From positions 8,620,001-8,684,000 of the forward strand of contig CM075989.1 in NCBI GenBank assembly GCA_038087875.1: 64,000 bases of DNA, in the 5' to 3' direction. The stretch comes from Malacoraja senta. Its lineage: Eukaryota. Of the stretch, positions 12,430-24,536 are shown piece after piece. The notes under the pieces were generated by a model. It searched no databases, was not told where the DNA came from, and saw nothing but the letters and a program-made list of their open reading frames with translations. Each line of letters opens with the position of its first letter. Position 1 is the first letter of the stretch. The translations under genes were made by a program, and so were the position numbers.

Positions 12430-13600
12430 CCATTGGTAAAGATATTTGTATCATCGATAACCAAGAGTGAGCTGGCGGAAGACTACAGGGTGACTAATGT
12501 TGTGCCTCTATTTAAGAAAGGCTGCCAGGAAGACCCTAGGAACTACAGACCTTATGATGGAAGTGGGTAAGTTATTGGAGAGGTTTTTGAGAGACAGGAT
12601 TTACCTGTATTTAGAAAGGCAAGAGCAAAAAACTAACTTCCTCATGAACATTCTCTGAAACACTGCCTGTCTATTTACCTCCACGGACACTGCGTAATCC
12701 ACAGAGTTCCTGCAACAGTGTCCTTTTTGCTCCAGAGTCCAGCAGGACGTGTGCAGTAGAATAATGGCCATACAGCATGGAAACAGACCCTTCAGCCCAA
12801 CTTGCCCATACCAACCAAGATGCCACCTCTATACATTGGTCCCACCTGCCCGTGTTTGGCCCATGTCCATCTAAACCTTTCCTATTCATGTACCAAATGT
12901 ATTTTAAATGTTGTTATCGTTAATGCCTCAGTTAATTGCTCTGGCAGCTCATTCCATATACCCACCGCCTTCTGTGTGGAAAAAGTTGTCCCTCGGGTTC
13001 CTATTAAATCTGTGTCCTCTAGACCCCTGAGGAAAGTTGTAGAATAGGGAAATCTCAGGGTGCATAGTTCGATAAAGGTGGTGACACAGGTAAACAGGGT
13101 AGTGAAGAAGGCTTTCCTTCATTGGTTTGGGTATTGAGTATAGGAGTTGGGACATCAAGTTACAACTGCATAAGGCCACATTTCCATGCAGGAGGCGGCA
13201 TTGAGTTATAAAAGAAAGGTTGGATAGGCTACCTCTTTTTTCTCTGGACCATAGCAGAGTGAGAAGTGACCTGATAGAGATCTATAAAAGCATGAAGAGT
13301 ATAGATAAGATAAATAGCCTTTTCCCAGGATAGGGAATATAAAACTAGAGGGCAAAGGTTTAAGATGAGATGGGAAAGATTTAAAAGGGACAACTTTTCA
13401 TACTGTGGGTAGTACATACATGGAATGAGCTGCCATAGGTGGCGGTAGATGTGGGTACAATTATAGAATTTAAAAGACACTGAGACAGGTACGTGGAAAG
13501 GAAATGTTTGATATGATGTTGGTCAGGCACAGGCACGTGGGACGTACTCAGTTGGACAACTTTGGCTGAAGGGCCTGTTTTCATGATGTACATGATGTTT
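12430..13600. mobile_element. Cluster of CR1-like fragments on both strands plus a Penelope-derived piece
   Basis: EDYRVTNVVPLFKKGCQEDPRNYR-like coding at 12478-12550 (+); antisense CR1 tail 12765-13020; + strand CR1 3' region 13030-13600. Confidence 0.65.
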
Positions 13601-13611
13601 CATGATGACTC

Positions 13612-13922
13612 GGAGCAGAGACGGCGTTTCGGCGGCGGCGACATCACCACGGAGGTCCGCTGGACTGGAGGGCGGCATCTTCGGCCTGGATCGATCGCCT
13701 CAGCGCAGAGGGAGAACAAGGAGGGAAGAGACGGAGACTAAGACTTTGCCTCCATCACAGTGAGGATGTGCTTGGTGAACTCACTGTGGTGGATGTTTAA
13801 TTTGTGTTTATTGTATGTTTTGTTATTATTGGTTCTGTGTATGACTGCAGGCATCACAATTTTGTTCAGACCAAAAGGTCTGAATGACAATAAAGGAAAT
13901 CTTGAATCTTGAATCTTGAACT
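13612..13922 (+). mobile_element. GC-rich SINE-like or LINE 3' element with Rex1-type tail
   Basis: ttgcctccatcacagtg box shared with 14040-14385 and 61440-62270; ends tgacaataaa plus (aatcttg)n. Confidence 0.6.
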
Positions 13923-14039
13923 TACGATTCCAACATGAAACACCATGGTAACACAGACATAGTTATTTGAAGGCCTGCAGAGCTGAAAAAGTTTAAACTG
14001 AAATTAGCATACCGTTTCAATCGTCTTTACCTACTTTCC

Positions 14040-14385
14040 AAGGTTCAAAGGTCAGTTTATTATCACGTACCAATTAAGGTACAGTGAAACGTGAATTAGC
14101 ATTACAGCCATACTAAAAAAAAAGCAACAAGACACACAACTACGTAAAAGTTAACATAAACACCCACCACAGCGAATACCCCACATTTCTCACTGTGATG
14201 GAAGGCAATAAAGTCCAATCTTCTTCCTCTTTTATTCTCCCGCGGTTGGGGCTGTCGAACCATCCGCAGTCGGGGCGATCGAAGCTCCCGCAGCCGACGA
14301 TCAAAGATCCCGCGATCGGGCCGGTCGAAGCTCCTGCCGTCCCGAAGTCGGTCTCTAACCAGGGACCGCGAACTCCACGATGTTA
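14040..14385 (-). mobile_element. GC-rich SINE-like element, same group as 13612-13922
   Basis: Antisense ttgccttccatcacagtgag box and tttcactgtacc...gtgataataaa tail. Confidence 0.6.
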
Positions 14386-14394
14386 AAGTACCAA

Positions 14395-15194
14395 GGGAAC
14401 GGGGGTTCCCCACTCCCATCAGAGATGAGGTCCTCACTCATGTCTCCTCGGTACCCCGCAGCACTGCCCTTGCTCCCCTCCCCCCTAGTCGCAACAGAGA
14501 CAGAGTCCCCCTAGTCCTTACCTTCCACCCCATCAGCCGTCGCATACAACACTAAATCCTCCGAAATTTCCGCCACCTCCAACGGGATCCCGCCACGAGC
14601 CACATTTTCCCATCTCCACCCCTTTCCGCCTTCCGCAAAGACCGCCCCTCCGCAACTCCCTGGTTAACTCATCCCTTCCAACCCAAACCACCCCCTCACC
14701 AGGTACCTTCCCCTGCAACTGCAGGAGATGCAACACCTGTTACTATAACACCTCGACTGTCCAGGGACTCCGACAGTTCTTTCAGATTAGGCAGAGGTTC
14801 ACTTGCACCTCCTCCAACCTCATCTACTGTATCCACTGTTCAAGATGTGGACTCTTATACATCGGCGAGACCAAATACAGACAGGGCGATCGTTTCGCGG
14901 AACATCTTCGCTCAGCCTGTGTGAACCAACCTGATCTCCCGATTGCTGGACACTTTAATTCTGCTTCCCATTCCGAAACAGACCTTTCTGTCCTCGGTCT
15001 CCTCCATTGTCAGAGTGAGGCTAAATGCAAATTGGAGGAACAGCATTTCATATTTCGTTTGGGCAGCTTACAGCCCAGTGGTATGAATATTGATTTCTCA
15101 CACTTCAGGTAGCCCCAGCATTCCCTCTCTCTCTCTCTCTCTCTATCCCTCCCCCACCCAAGTCTCACTAGCTTCTCATTTTCACCCTACAAAC
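14395..15194 (+). mobile_element. Penelope-like retroelement 3' fragment with GIY-YIG endonuclease remnant
   Basis: IYCIHCSRCGLLYIGETK at about 14822-14875; ORF 14921-15112 ends EEQHFIFRLGSLQPSGMNIDF; 3' tail appears to resume at 20452 after the hAT insertion. Confidence 0.88.
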
Positions 15195-16005
15195 TAGGGC
15201 CGGCCCTAGGCCGATTGAACTGATTTTTCCAAATTGGGCCCCGCGCCCAAGGGGGGCCCCGCGTTAATTTTCCGTATTTCATATGGAAATACAAATTCGC
15301 TTTGTTAAATAAAGATTTTGTTTTAAACATTCGCAATACGGATTTTTTTTACAAAACTTACATGGTTTTGTACATGGGATGCAAGCGCTGTACGGTCATC
15401 AGACACAAACGATGTGTTAACAGCCTGTAGTTAACAAGTAGTTACCCAATGCGTCATCAATGCATTGATCCACATTCCTCAGTAAATGTGTAATTGTGTT
15501 TTAGAAGAAGTATTAATGACGCTGCGTTCCTTTGAATACAATTCACACGGCGTCATTAACACTTCTTCAAAACATAATTACATTTTACTGAGGAATGTAG
15601 ATTGATGCATTAATGACACATTGAGAATTTCTTAAAACTCACCATCATGAGTGAGAACTTCTTCTTGGTCTGCAGGTTAGTCATTCAATTTACCTACCGA
15701 CCCACGTTGTGTCTCTCTGTCTTTCGCTCTCTCCCTCCCTCTCTCTCTCGCGCGCTCTCTCTCCCGTGCGCGCTCTCTCTCTCCCGTTCCCCACCTCTCT
15801 CTAGCTCTCTCGGCATTCCCGGAATCATTGACGTTTTGCGGTATACAAAAATGCTGGAGAAACTTAGCGGGTGAGGCAGCATCTATGGAGCGAAGGAAAT
15901 ATGCAACGTTTCTGGTCGAAACCCTTCTTCAGACCCGGCTATTTCCTTCACTCCATAGATGCTGCCTCAAGCCCGGTCCCACTGTGCGAGTTCACACAAG
16001 AGCTT

Positions 16006-16674
16006 AAAATCTCTGGTAGCATCTCTGTCCCCATCTTCAAATTCCCACTTTGAAATAAAATACAGTTTTCGACTTAAACATTTTGCAGCAGGATCACGAT
16101 TAGTCGATTCCCACGCATTTTCAATCATCGTTCGATTCAGTGTAATTTTCACACCTGGTTGATATAGTTTTTTTTTAAAGGTACAGTACATTACAATAAA
16201 TAGTTTCAAGCATACCCGGTACTAAACGCACAAACATTAAGGTGGTTACTGATGTTACAAACGGTTATAAATGAATATAATTTCAAAGTGAAATAGGAGA
16301 TTTCCGTGGAAAGAATATTTAACCAGAATATGGTGAGGTCGCTGCAAAATGCTTGCTTAAAACAATACGCCGTCAACTCAGGATTGTTTCTTATCCCTCT
16401 GACAGGTGTTTCAATCTCACCTCGCAGCTCGCTGTTAATCGATTCATAGCTATTAATTTTCATTCCTGGTCCGTATCGAACTTCTCCAAATGTAAACGCT
16501 TCAAGTTACGCTTCTTGTGTGGTGGTAAGGAGGAGGGGGGGGGGGGGAATGCTAGTATAAAATACCATATATTTGTATTTATATAGTGATCCTGCTGCGA
16601 AATTTTTGTCGAAAGTTGTATTTTATTTCAAAGTGGGAATTGGAAGATAGGGACAGAGATGCTACAGAGATTTT
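16006..16674. mobile_element. MITE-like element with about 95-bp terminal inverted repeats, superfamily unassigned
   Basis: 16006-16100 is the near reverse complement of 16583-16674; no TSD visible. Confidence 0.7.
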
Positions 16675-17380
16675 GATAGGAAGGAAACGTTACAGCAGCT
16701 GAATAAAAGATTAGTCAAATGGTAGGTTCAATGAAGATCGGGCGAGGGGGATTGGGGGTGGGGGAAAAGTATCTATAGCTTGGGACTTGCCTAAATGAGT
16801 ACTGAGATGGATTATCATTCCACACCAAATTTCTTAGACAATAATACATTTTATGCAATTATCACAACATTTTGTTGGATATGGATCAACCTATGGTACA
16901 TGCTCATAAATTAGTAAAACAAATGTTCTTTAAGTACTGTTTCTGGGATGGGATTTCTGATAACAAATAACCTACATTCTATATTTTGTCATAATGTGGC
17001 TGAAACAATGGCATATTTTGTGATATTTATTGAGATAGAAAGATACAACTGAATTTGGGCAAGATATTACCTTGCAACATTCTGTATGTCTGATAGATAT
17101 TGTGAAATGGAACTCAGAAATCATGGGAGGATTACATAAAACTACAATTCAAAGGTAATGAATATACAGAGTATTCTTATTTCCATCATGAACATACAAT
17201 GGTGATATAGGACACCAGGTCCTACTACGGTAAACTCACGAGCTACTGCGGTATGACTACGTGTTAAAAAGTATAAAATGTTTACATCCTGAGTATATTT
17301 TACATGTGGACATTTTTAAACATGTTGAAAAATCTTCACGAGTTACCACGTTTCCCGAGTACCTGCCATTAGCGCTAAGA

Positions 17381-18027
17381 AATGGCATGTTGGCCTTTAT
17401 AACAGGAGGAATCGAATATAGGAGCAAAGAGGTCCTTCTGCAGTTGTACACAGTTCTAGTGAGACCGCACCTGGAGTATTGTGTGCAGTTTTGGTCCCCT
17501 AATTTGAGGAAGGACATTCTTGCTATTGAGGGAGTGCAGCGTAGGTTTACAAGGTTAATTCCCGGGATGGTGGGACTGTCATATGCTGAGAGAATGGAGC
17601 AGCTGGGCTTGTAGACTCTCGAGTTTAGAAGGATGAGAGGGTATCTCATTGAAACATATAAGATTTGTTAAGGGCTTGGACACGCTAGAGGCAGGAAACA
17701 TGTTCCCGATGTTGGGGGAGTCCAGAACCAGGGGCCACAGTTTAAGAATAAGGGGTAAGCCATTTAGAACGGGGACAAGGAAACACTTTTTCTCACAGAG
17801 AGTGGTGAGTGTGGAATTCTCTGCCTCAGAGGGCGGTGGAGGCAGGTTCTCTGGATGCTTTCAAGAGTGCTAGATAGGGCTCTTAAAAATAGCTGAGTCA
17901 GGGGATATGGGGAGAAAGCAGGAACGGGGTACTGATTGTGGATGATCAGCCATGTTCACATTGAATGGCGGTGCTGGCTCGAAGGGCCAAATGGCCTACT
18001 CCTGAACCTATTGTTTATTGTCTATTG
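17381..18027 (+). mobile_element. CR1 (HER1-like) LINE 3' fragment inserted in the Harbinger element
   Basis: [15 protein letters not shown] and RTRGHSLRI motifs; (ctattgt)n-like tail. Confidence 0.92.
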
Positions 18028-19373
18028 AAACGTACCGAGCTCCGACGTACCCGCTACGTTCATTCTACGTGTTTACCACGTGTTTTGATTATTTTTTTTA
18101 ACTCGGGAGAGCTCTTGGGTGAACTTGCACAGTGGGACAGGGCTTCACACCTGCTGAGTTTCTCCAGCATTTTTGTCTATCTTCGATTTTCCAGCATCTA
18201 CAGTTCCTTCTTAGACGTTTTGTGGTGATGGCTGCATCTGCAGTTCCTTTCTGTTGGGGGGAGGGGAAAGAGTCCTGGCCCGTGGCGGCTCCTGATAAGT
18301 GATATGTTCCCTCCGCGGGTGCTGCCTTGCCCGCTAAGTTCCTCCAGCACTCTGTGTTTTTTGTTTGGCTCTGAAGTTGAAGGTGGACCCCCCTGTGTCT
18401 ACCTTCAACTCCCTGTCTGTGGTGGCTCAGCGGGACGGGCAGGGGCTCTGGGGAGAGGGTTGCTGTTCTGGTCGAGATCCTTCTTCAGACAATCACAAGT
18501 ACTCTCACCGACGAGAGTTCAGTTCAGTCTGAAGAAGGGTCTTCTCTCCAGAGTCACTGCATTGCCTGTCCTGCTGAGCTACTCCAGCTTTTGTCTATCT
18601 CCAATTTCAGAGTTAGATAAAATTGCAGACTTGATTTTTTAAATCTCAAAATTTTGTGACATTGCTAGAAAATGTACCCGCATCTTGGAGACCGAAGGTT
18701 AGGTTGTTAGCCAAGAAAGATAGACTTTGTTATCCCTCAGTACAGAACATCAAGAACGATGTTGCTGTACTGAGGTATAGCCAAGTCTATCCCTCATTGC
18801 TAGCAGCTGATGGGAAGCGGCTGTAAAGTGGGAAGTGGCTGTAAAAGGACAGCGCTGCTGGGGGGGGAGAGAGAGAGAGTTCATTTCACAGCGTGTGGGT
18901 AGTCTGTCCAGGGGTAAAGTTGCGGGGATGGCAGGACGTTTGAGAAGGAGGGGGTCGACCGGGGATCATGCCAGAATCAAGCTCAAGGGCGGGGCAGCGG
19001 GCGATGGATAACAGGACAGTGGGCGGTGGCGCTTACTCCATGTGTCAGTGCGAGTAACCTCAATTGGTCCCTTGTTCGCGCTGACACAGGAGTAAGCTCC
19101 ACCGCCCGCTGTGATGTTATCCAACACCCGCTGACCCACTCCGCTCTATGATCTTTGCTCTTGAGCTGGTCCCCTCACTGTTCAGACGGAGAGCACTGCC
19201 AGAGGTGAGCGGGCTGTCTGAAGGCGCTGAGATGGCAGTCGGTTCCGCTGTCCGATGATGGAGGCCGCTCGTAGGCGAGCTGCTTCCCTCCCCGGCCACA
19301 ATGCGGTAGCTCCGCGCCAGGAGCGCCGCGGCAGCGGTGAGTGAGTGTTACTGGCAACTTTACCCTTGGTTAG

Positions 19374-20300
19374 TGTAAAGAGGAGTCATAACACACGGTG
19401 TCTTTACTACTGTTTATTCATGATACACATACTTTGCTGCCCTAGCTGTTCGTGGTCTGTCACCGGAACCAGAGAGCGAGCACTGGGTGGGAAGGTTGTA
19501 ATTATACTAGTGATGTGGGGAGTGGTTAGTAGTGGTGAGGTCACTATGTTAAAGGTACATGCACATATCATCTACATCCTTCCCCTTAGAAATAAAAACA
19601 ATACGGACGTGGCCCACATAGGTGACCTCCGGGACGCGGAAACGGCACTTCTTTGGGTTTTGTTTGAGGTTGATTTCACGGGCCCGGTCCAGGACTTGAC
19701 GGAGGTGGAGATCGTGCTCAGCCACGTCCTTACCATAGACCAGGATGTCGTCAACGATGATGGCACACGGCAGACCGGCGAACAGCTGCTCCATCGTCCG
19801 CTGGAAGACCTCGCTGGCAGAGTTGATCCCGAATGGCATGCGGAGGAATCGGAACCTGCCGAAGGGCGTGCTGAAGGTAGTCAGGTAGGACAACCGCTCG
19901 TCCAGCGGTATCTGCCAGAAGGAGCTCTTGGCATCGAGAACCGAGAAGACAGTGGCCGGGCCAACCTGTGCAGCGACGTCCTCCACTGTTCGCATGGGGT
20001 AATGAGGGCGTCTGATGGCAAGGTTCAGGTCTTTGGGGTTGATGCAGATGCGAATTTCACTTTTGTCCTTTTTCGCAGCAACAACCTTCTGACACCATGT
20101 AAAGAGGAGTCATAAAACACTGTGTCTTTACTACTGTTTATTCATGATACACATACTTTACTGCCCCAGCTGTTCGTGGTCTGTCACCAGAACCAGAGAG
20201 CGAGCACTGGGTGGGAAGGTTGTAATTATACTAGTGATGTGGGGAGTGGTTAGTAGTGGTGAGGTCACTATGTTAAAGGTACATGCACATATCATCTACA
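19374..20300 (-). mobile_element. Miniature Ty3/Gypsy LTR element (927 bp, internally deleted)
   Basis: 203-bp LTRs TG..CA (19374-19576, 20098-20300; 5 mismatches); 5-bp TSD GTTAG; PBS TGGTGTCAGAAG (20097-20086); PPT AAGGGGAAGGA (19587-19577). Confidence 0.93.
19606..20085 (-). pseudogene. Gypsy reverse transcriptase core fragment (open frame, 160 codons)
   Basis: IRICINPKDLN...LDAKSSFWQIPL...TPFGRFRFLRMPFGINSASEVFQ...IVDDILVYG...VTYVGHV. Confidence 0.9.
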
Positions 20301-21094
20301 GTTAGACTCCCCACATGCTGTGAAAGGAACTCTCCCCCGAATTGTCATGTTACTCACGACACGTGACTCATTTATAATTATTTATTTATATTTCTACGAA
20401 TTTTTTTCCCAATTGGGCCCTGCACCTCCTAAGGCCGGCCCTTCTACAAACAGCTTACAATGGCCTGTTTCCTTTAGAGTCACACAGCACAGAACCAAAC
20501 CATTCAGCCCTTCATGTCCACACTGACCATCAATTCCCTATCTACATTAATCTCATTTACCAGTACTCATTCCGTAGTTTTCTACGCATCAGCAATTTCT
20601 AATTCAAAGTTTTTACTGCAGGAATGAACTGTTGCAGCTAATCTAGAATCCTTTTGAAAATATCATTTTACATGGTCTCAATGGCATTCAGCTTTAAAGA
20701 CCAGAACACAGATGCAAGGGCAAACCTCCAGATGCCAATAATTTCAATGACCATTCAACATTCAGTGACAATTCTAATGAATATCGTTCCTTGATCCATA
20801 TTTGTGTTGGGATCTGTAATGTTTATGGTAATTGTTATTACTGGGAATAAATTAAAGCAACAGTGAAATCTATATCACTTCCATTTTTAAATTGCATAAT
20901 GTACATCTTAATTGTAGAATATTTGTAGCATACTCATAAATACGATGTTTTGGTTTCAGATTGAGTTTTGAAAATTAAAATGTGTACGATACAATTACAT
21001 CTTGTGATCATGCACATTCAAAGAAATCTTTACCAGTCACTGAACGTGCAATATGAAATTTATGGGAAGTTACAAATTAAATAGATCGATTGTT

Positions 21095-21247
21095 TAGGAA
21101 GGAACTGCAAATGCTGGTTTAAACCAAAGACAGACACAAAATTCTGGAGTAACTCAGCGGGACAGGCAGCATCTCGGGAGAGAAGGAATGGGTGACATTT
21201 CGGGACGAGACCCTTCCTCAGACTGAGCACGATGTACAATGATGGTC
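21095..21247 (-). mobile_element. Penelope-derived short unit with hammerhead motif
   Basis: Minus strand reads CTGAGGA-A-GGGTCTCGTCCC-GAAATGTCAC; flanked by agat(c/t)gattgtt repeats. Confidence 0.65.
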
Positions 21248-23337
21248 AGATTGATTGTTCAGTCGTGCTCAGAATTACCTGCCACTTTTCCTATTTAGAG
21301 CCATGTATATATAATGGGAGAGGGCAGATTAGCAACTGAACTTCACAAGTGAGCAGTAGCTCTGAACTGTCAAGAGTGAAGAGTGTTTAATTGTCATATG
21401 CACTGCGGGACTGCAACAATTAACTTCCTACTTTCAGAAATTGGGTTGAAAACGAAAGGGCAATTCAACCCAGTTTCACCAAATAACATCTTACATCTTT
21501 ATTTGTTTGACCTTCTTCATTTGTAATCTTCAATAACAAAGGGTACAAATTAAAAATATAATTCAGACAACTTTTGAACGTTAAAAAAAAAAATATCCTA
21601 AGGTGATTCACATAAGGGCTTGACAACTGCAAATTGACACTAAGTCACACAAGGAAACTTTAAGAGAGGGACCAAAACAATGACGCTTAGGTAGGTTTTT
21701 ATGAGGTGAAGAAGCTGAGAGAATCCAGAGCAAATGGACAATGGCAGATGACAGTACTGCAATCAATCTAGAAGCAAATAAATCCAGGATAATTGAGAAG
21801 ACAGATAAAGGGAACACATATCTCAGAAGGATATAGGGGAAGAGGAGAGATGAGAGACCATGGTGCTGGTTTTCATTTGTGCTCTTTTCAGGCTAAAGAT
21901 CACAAAGTACAATATAGAGCAACCTAAACTTGAGAAGTAAAGTCACGAGTGATGGCACAACTTGAAGTGCGATTCCACCTATTTTCCTGACCAATGTTTA
22001 TCTCTTATCCAATGCCACTCAACCAATATCTAATCACTTTCCCACTCTTTGTGGACTCTAGCTGTGCGTAAATTAACTGCTTCATTTCATAATGTTACAA
22101 CAGTTAATGAAGACTAGACCAGTTATAGAATCTTTTACAAGACACCATTTAATTGGATGACTTCTCCATTGCACATCTCTGCTCATCTCAGGCAATGAGT
22201 TGCCCGAACCCTTGCCTTTGTCATTTCCTGATCTAACTCTTCCAAACCTCTCCTAAATGGTTTCTATAAATGTCTGTTTATGTAAAAGTCTGGTGCCGGT
22301 ATCCTCTTCAATACTAACTTCTGGCCAGCCCAGTTTGCCTTTGCATTCACCAACTTCAAGATTCTCACATCCACATCCCTTCATTGTCTCACCTCCCTCT
22401 GACTCCACAACTCTTCATGTTCCCAGAATGAGATGGATTTGTGCTTTATGGGCACAGCCATTCAGGATAAATAATATAAAGTAAAATATACATTTAGAAT
22501 TCAAATGCTCAAGTCTGATAGTCGCATAAGGCAGATTGGAATTGCTATGAGTTTATTACTGTCATGTATATGGAGATACAGTGAAAAATATTATTTTATG
22601 GGCTATCCAGGCAGATCATACCATGCACAAGTATAATCGAACCATGAACAAGTGCAACAGGTTGTGCAAAGATTAAAATAAACAGAGTTCAGAATATGGT
22701 GTTACAGCTGCAGAGAAAGTGCAGGTTAAAAAAAAGTGTAAGGGGTGGAACAAGGTAGGTTAGGAGATCAGGATTACACCAGATAACCACCCAGCAGAGT
22801 TTCAGCTCTAAGATCATGAGCCTTCCCCCCCCCCCCCCCCCCAGGAACTTCCCCAGTGCACATCACAAGAACTGTCACGACTCAAGTCCCAAGTCGCTGG
22901 GCGTGGGCTCATAGCCTGGGGAACAGATGCCTTGGGGTTATTCCAAAGTTCCTGGACTCCTACGTTTTAGAAATTGTCAGTAAATCTAATCCAGAATAAC
23001 TGCAGTTCCGACTTGATGCCCTGCTGGGATCAAACTGAGGGAACAGACACAAATACTAAAATGTGATCTTTTCAGTTTCCCAGAACTAATATATTCATGG
23101 TACTGCTGCATATATTTTTCCACATTCTCTTTAGTCCATTGAATCTATACTAGCTGTCAGAACATTCCCAACAGCCTCATTTCACCACGCATCCTTGTAA
23201 TGCTCTCTTGTAAGCATCAACTCCATTGAGATTCTCCTATCAAACACCTACCCTAGGAGTAATTCACTATAGCCTACCAACATCTAACCTACCAACCAAT
23301 GTATCTTTGTGATGTGGGACTTGAGAAACCTCTACAA

Positions 23338-23658
23338 TCATAGATACATAGATACATAGAAAATAGGTGCAGGAGTAGGCCATTCGGCCCTTCGAGCCTG
23401 CACCGCCATTCAATATGATCATGGCTGATCATCCAACTCAGTATCCCGTACCTGCCTTCTCTCCATACCCCCTGATCCCTTTAGCCACAAGGGCCACATC
23501 TAACTCCCTCTTAAATATAGCCAATGAACTGGCGTCAACTACCCTCTGTGGCAGAGAGTTCCAGAGATTCACCACTCTCTGTGTGAAAAAGTTTTTCCTC
23601 ATCTCGGTCTTAAAGGATTTCCCCCTTATCCTTAAGCTGTGACCCCTTGTCCTGGACA
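23338..23658 (-). mobile_element. CR1 LINE 3' fragment
   Basis: ORF 23438-23659 has SRTRGHSLRIRGK and RVVNLWNSLP; (catagata)n tail. Confidence 0.9.
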
Positions 23659-23893
23659 ATCACTGGGAAAACTTAGATTCCACACTGACAGCACTGAAGG
23701 CGAGATTCAAACCTAGGTCACTGGAGCTATAAGGTAGCAGAGCAAAAGGTTGCACTATCATGCTACCTTCACCATAAGATCATAAGACATAGGAACAGAA
23801 TTAGGCCATTTGGCATGTCCAGTCTGCTCCACCATTCGTCATAGCTGGTCTATTTTCCCCCCTTAACTCCATTCCTCTGGCTTCTCACCATAA

Positions 23894-24536
23894 AGGGCCT
23901 GTCCCACTAAGGCGACCTTATTGGCGAGTTTAGGAGAGTCTGCACTCGCCACAAGCTCGCAGCATGGTCGACACGTGGTCGTAGGTGGTCACTGGTAAGT
24001 CTCCTTCATGGTCGAGAGGAGTTTCCGCATAGTGGTTACTACTCGCGGCCTCAGTTTGGTCGTTGTAGGTAGTCGAGGTAGCCATAGGTAATCTCCTTTG
24101 CTGACCGGGCATTTTAATTGGCTCATTGGGGAAAGAAAACGTAAGCACGAGTTTTCAGAACCAAGGAAAACCGACCGTTAATGTTAAATGCCCGTTAAAC
24201 TTCACAGCTGTGTATCTCGGGCTTATTCAAAGTTGTCTGGCTTCTTAAAAGTGGCTCCACTCGTTCTCCCCTCCCTGCTCTTTTAAAGGACTTACCGTAC
24301 ACTGTGCTAGCCGTCTTTAACCTTCCTGTTCATCGTGGGTATCATCTTGGCTTTGCACCGTGAGAATTTCAGACAGCGCTCCCCCGCTTTCCCTGGCCCC
24401 CGCCTTTGCGATGTGTTTGTGTGTGTGTGTGTTCCGCGCTGACGGTCGTTCCAGCTCGCGGTTTTTCAGTCGAGTGCCCCCGAGCTTGAAGGTTGCAGAC
24501 AGTTTGCTGAAAAGTCGCGTAAGTGGGACAGGCCCT
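23894..24536. mobile_element. PIF/Harbinger-type MITE family A, complete (643 bp)
   Basis: Perfect 15-bp TIR AGGGCCTGTCCCACT/AGTGGGACAGGCCCT; TAA TSD; interrupts a CR1 tail that rejoins across it. Confidence 0.9.

Larger units (their letters stand above)
15970..18144. mobile_element. PIF/Harbinger-type element family B with nested inserts
   Basis: TIR AGCCCGGTCCCACTGTGCGAGTTCAC / GTGAACTTGCACAGTGGGACAGGGCT; 3-bp TSD TCA; splits a Penelope-derived unit at gatgctgcctca|cacctgctgag. Confidence 0.82.
15195..20443. mobile_element. Non-autonomous hAT transposon expanded by nested insertions
   Basis: 8-bp TSD CTACAAAC (15187-15194, 20444-20451); TIRs TAGGGCCGGCCCTAGG / CCTAAGGCCGGCCCTT; ends similar to 45623-46615. 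Confidence 0.85.

Noticed and set aside
19345..20115. Longest ORF in the window (256 aa, + strand)
   Set aside because: Antisense shadow of the Gypsy RT frame plus LTR sequence; no independent protein features.
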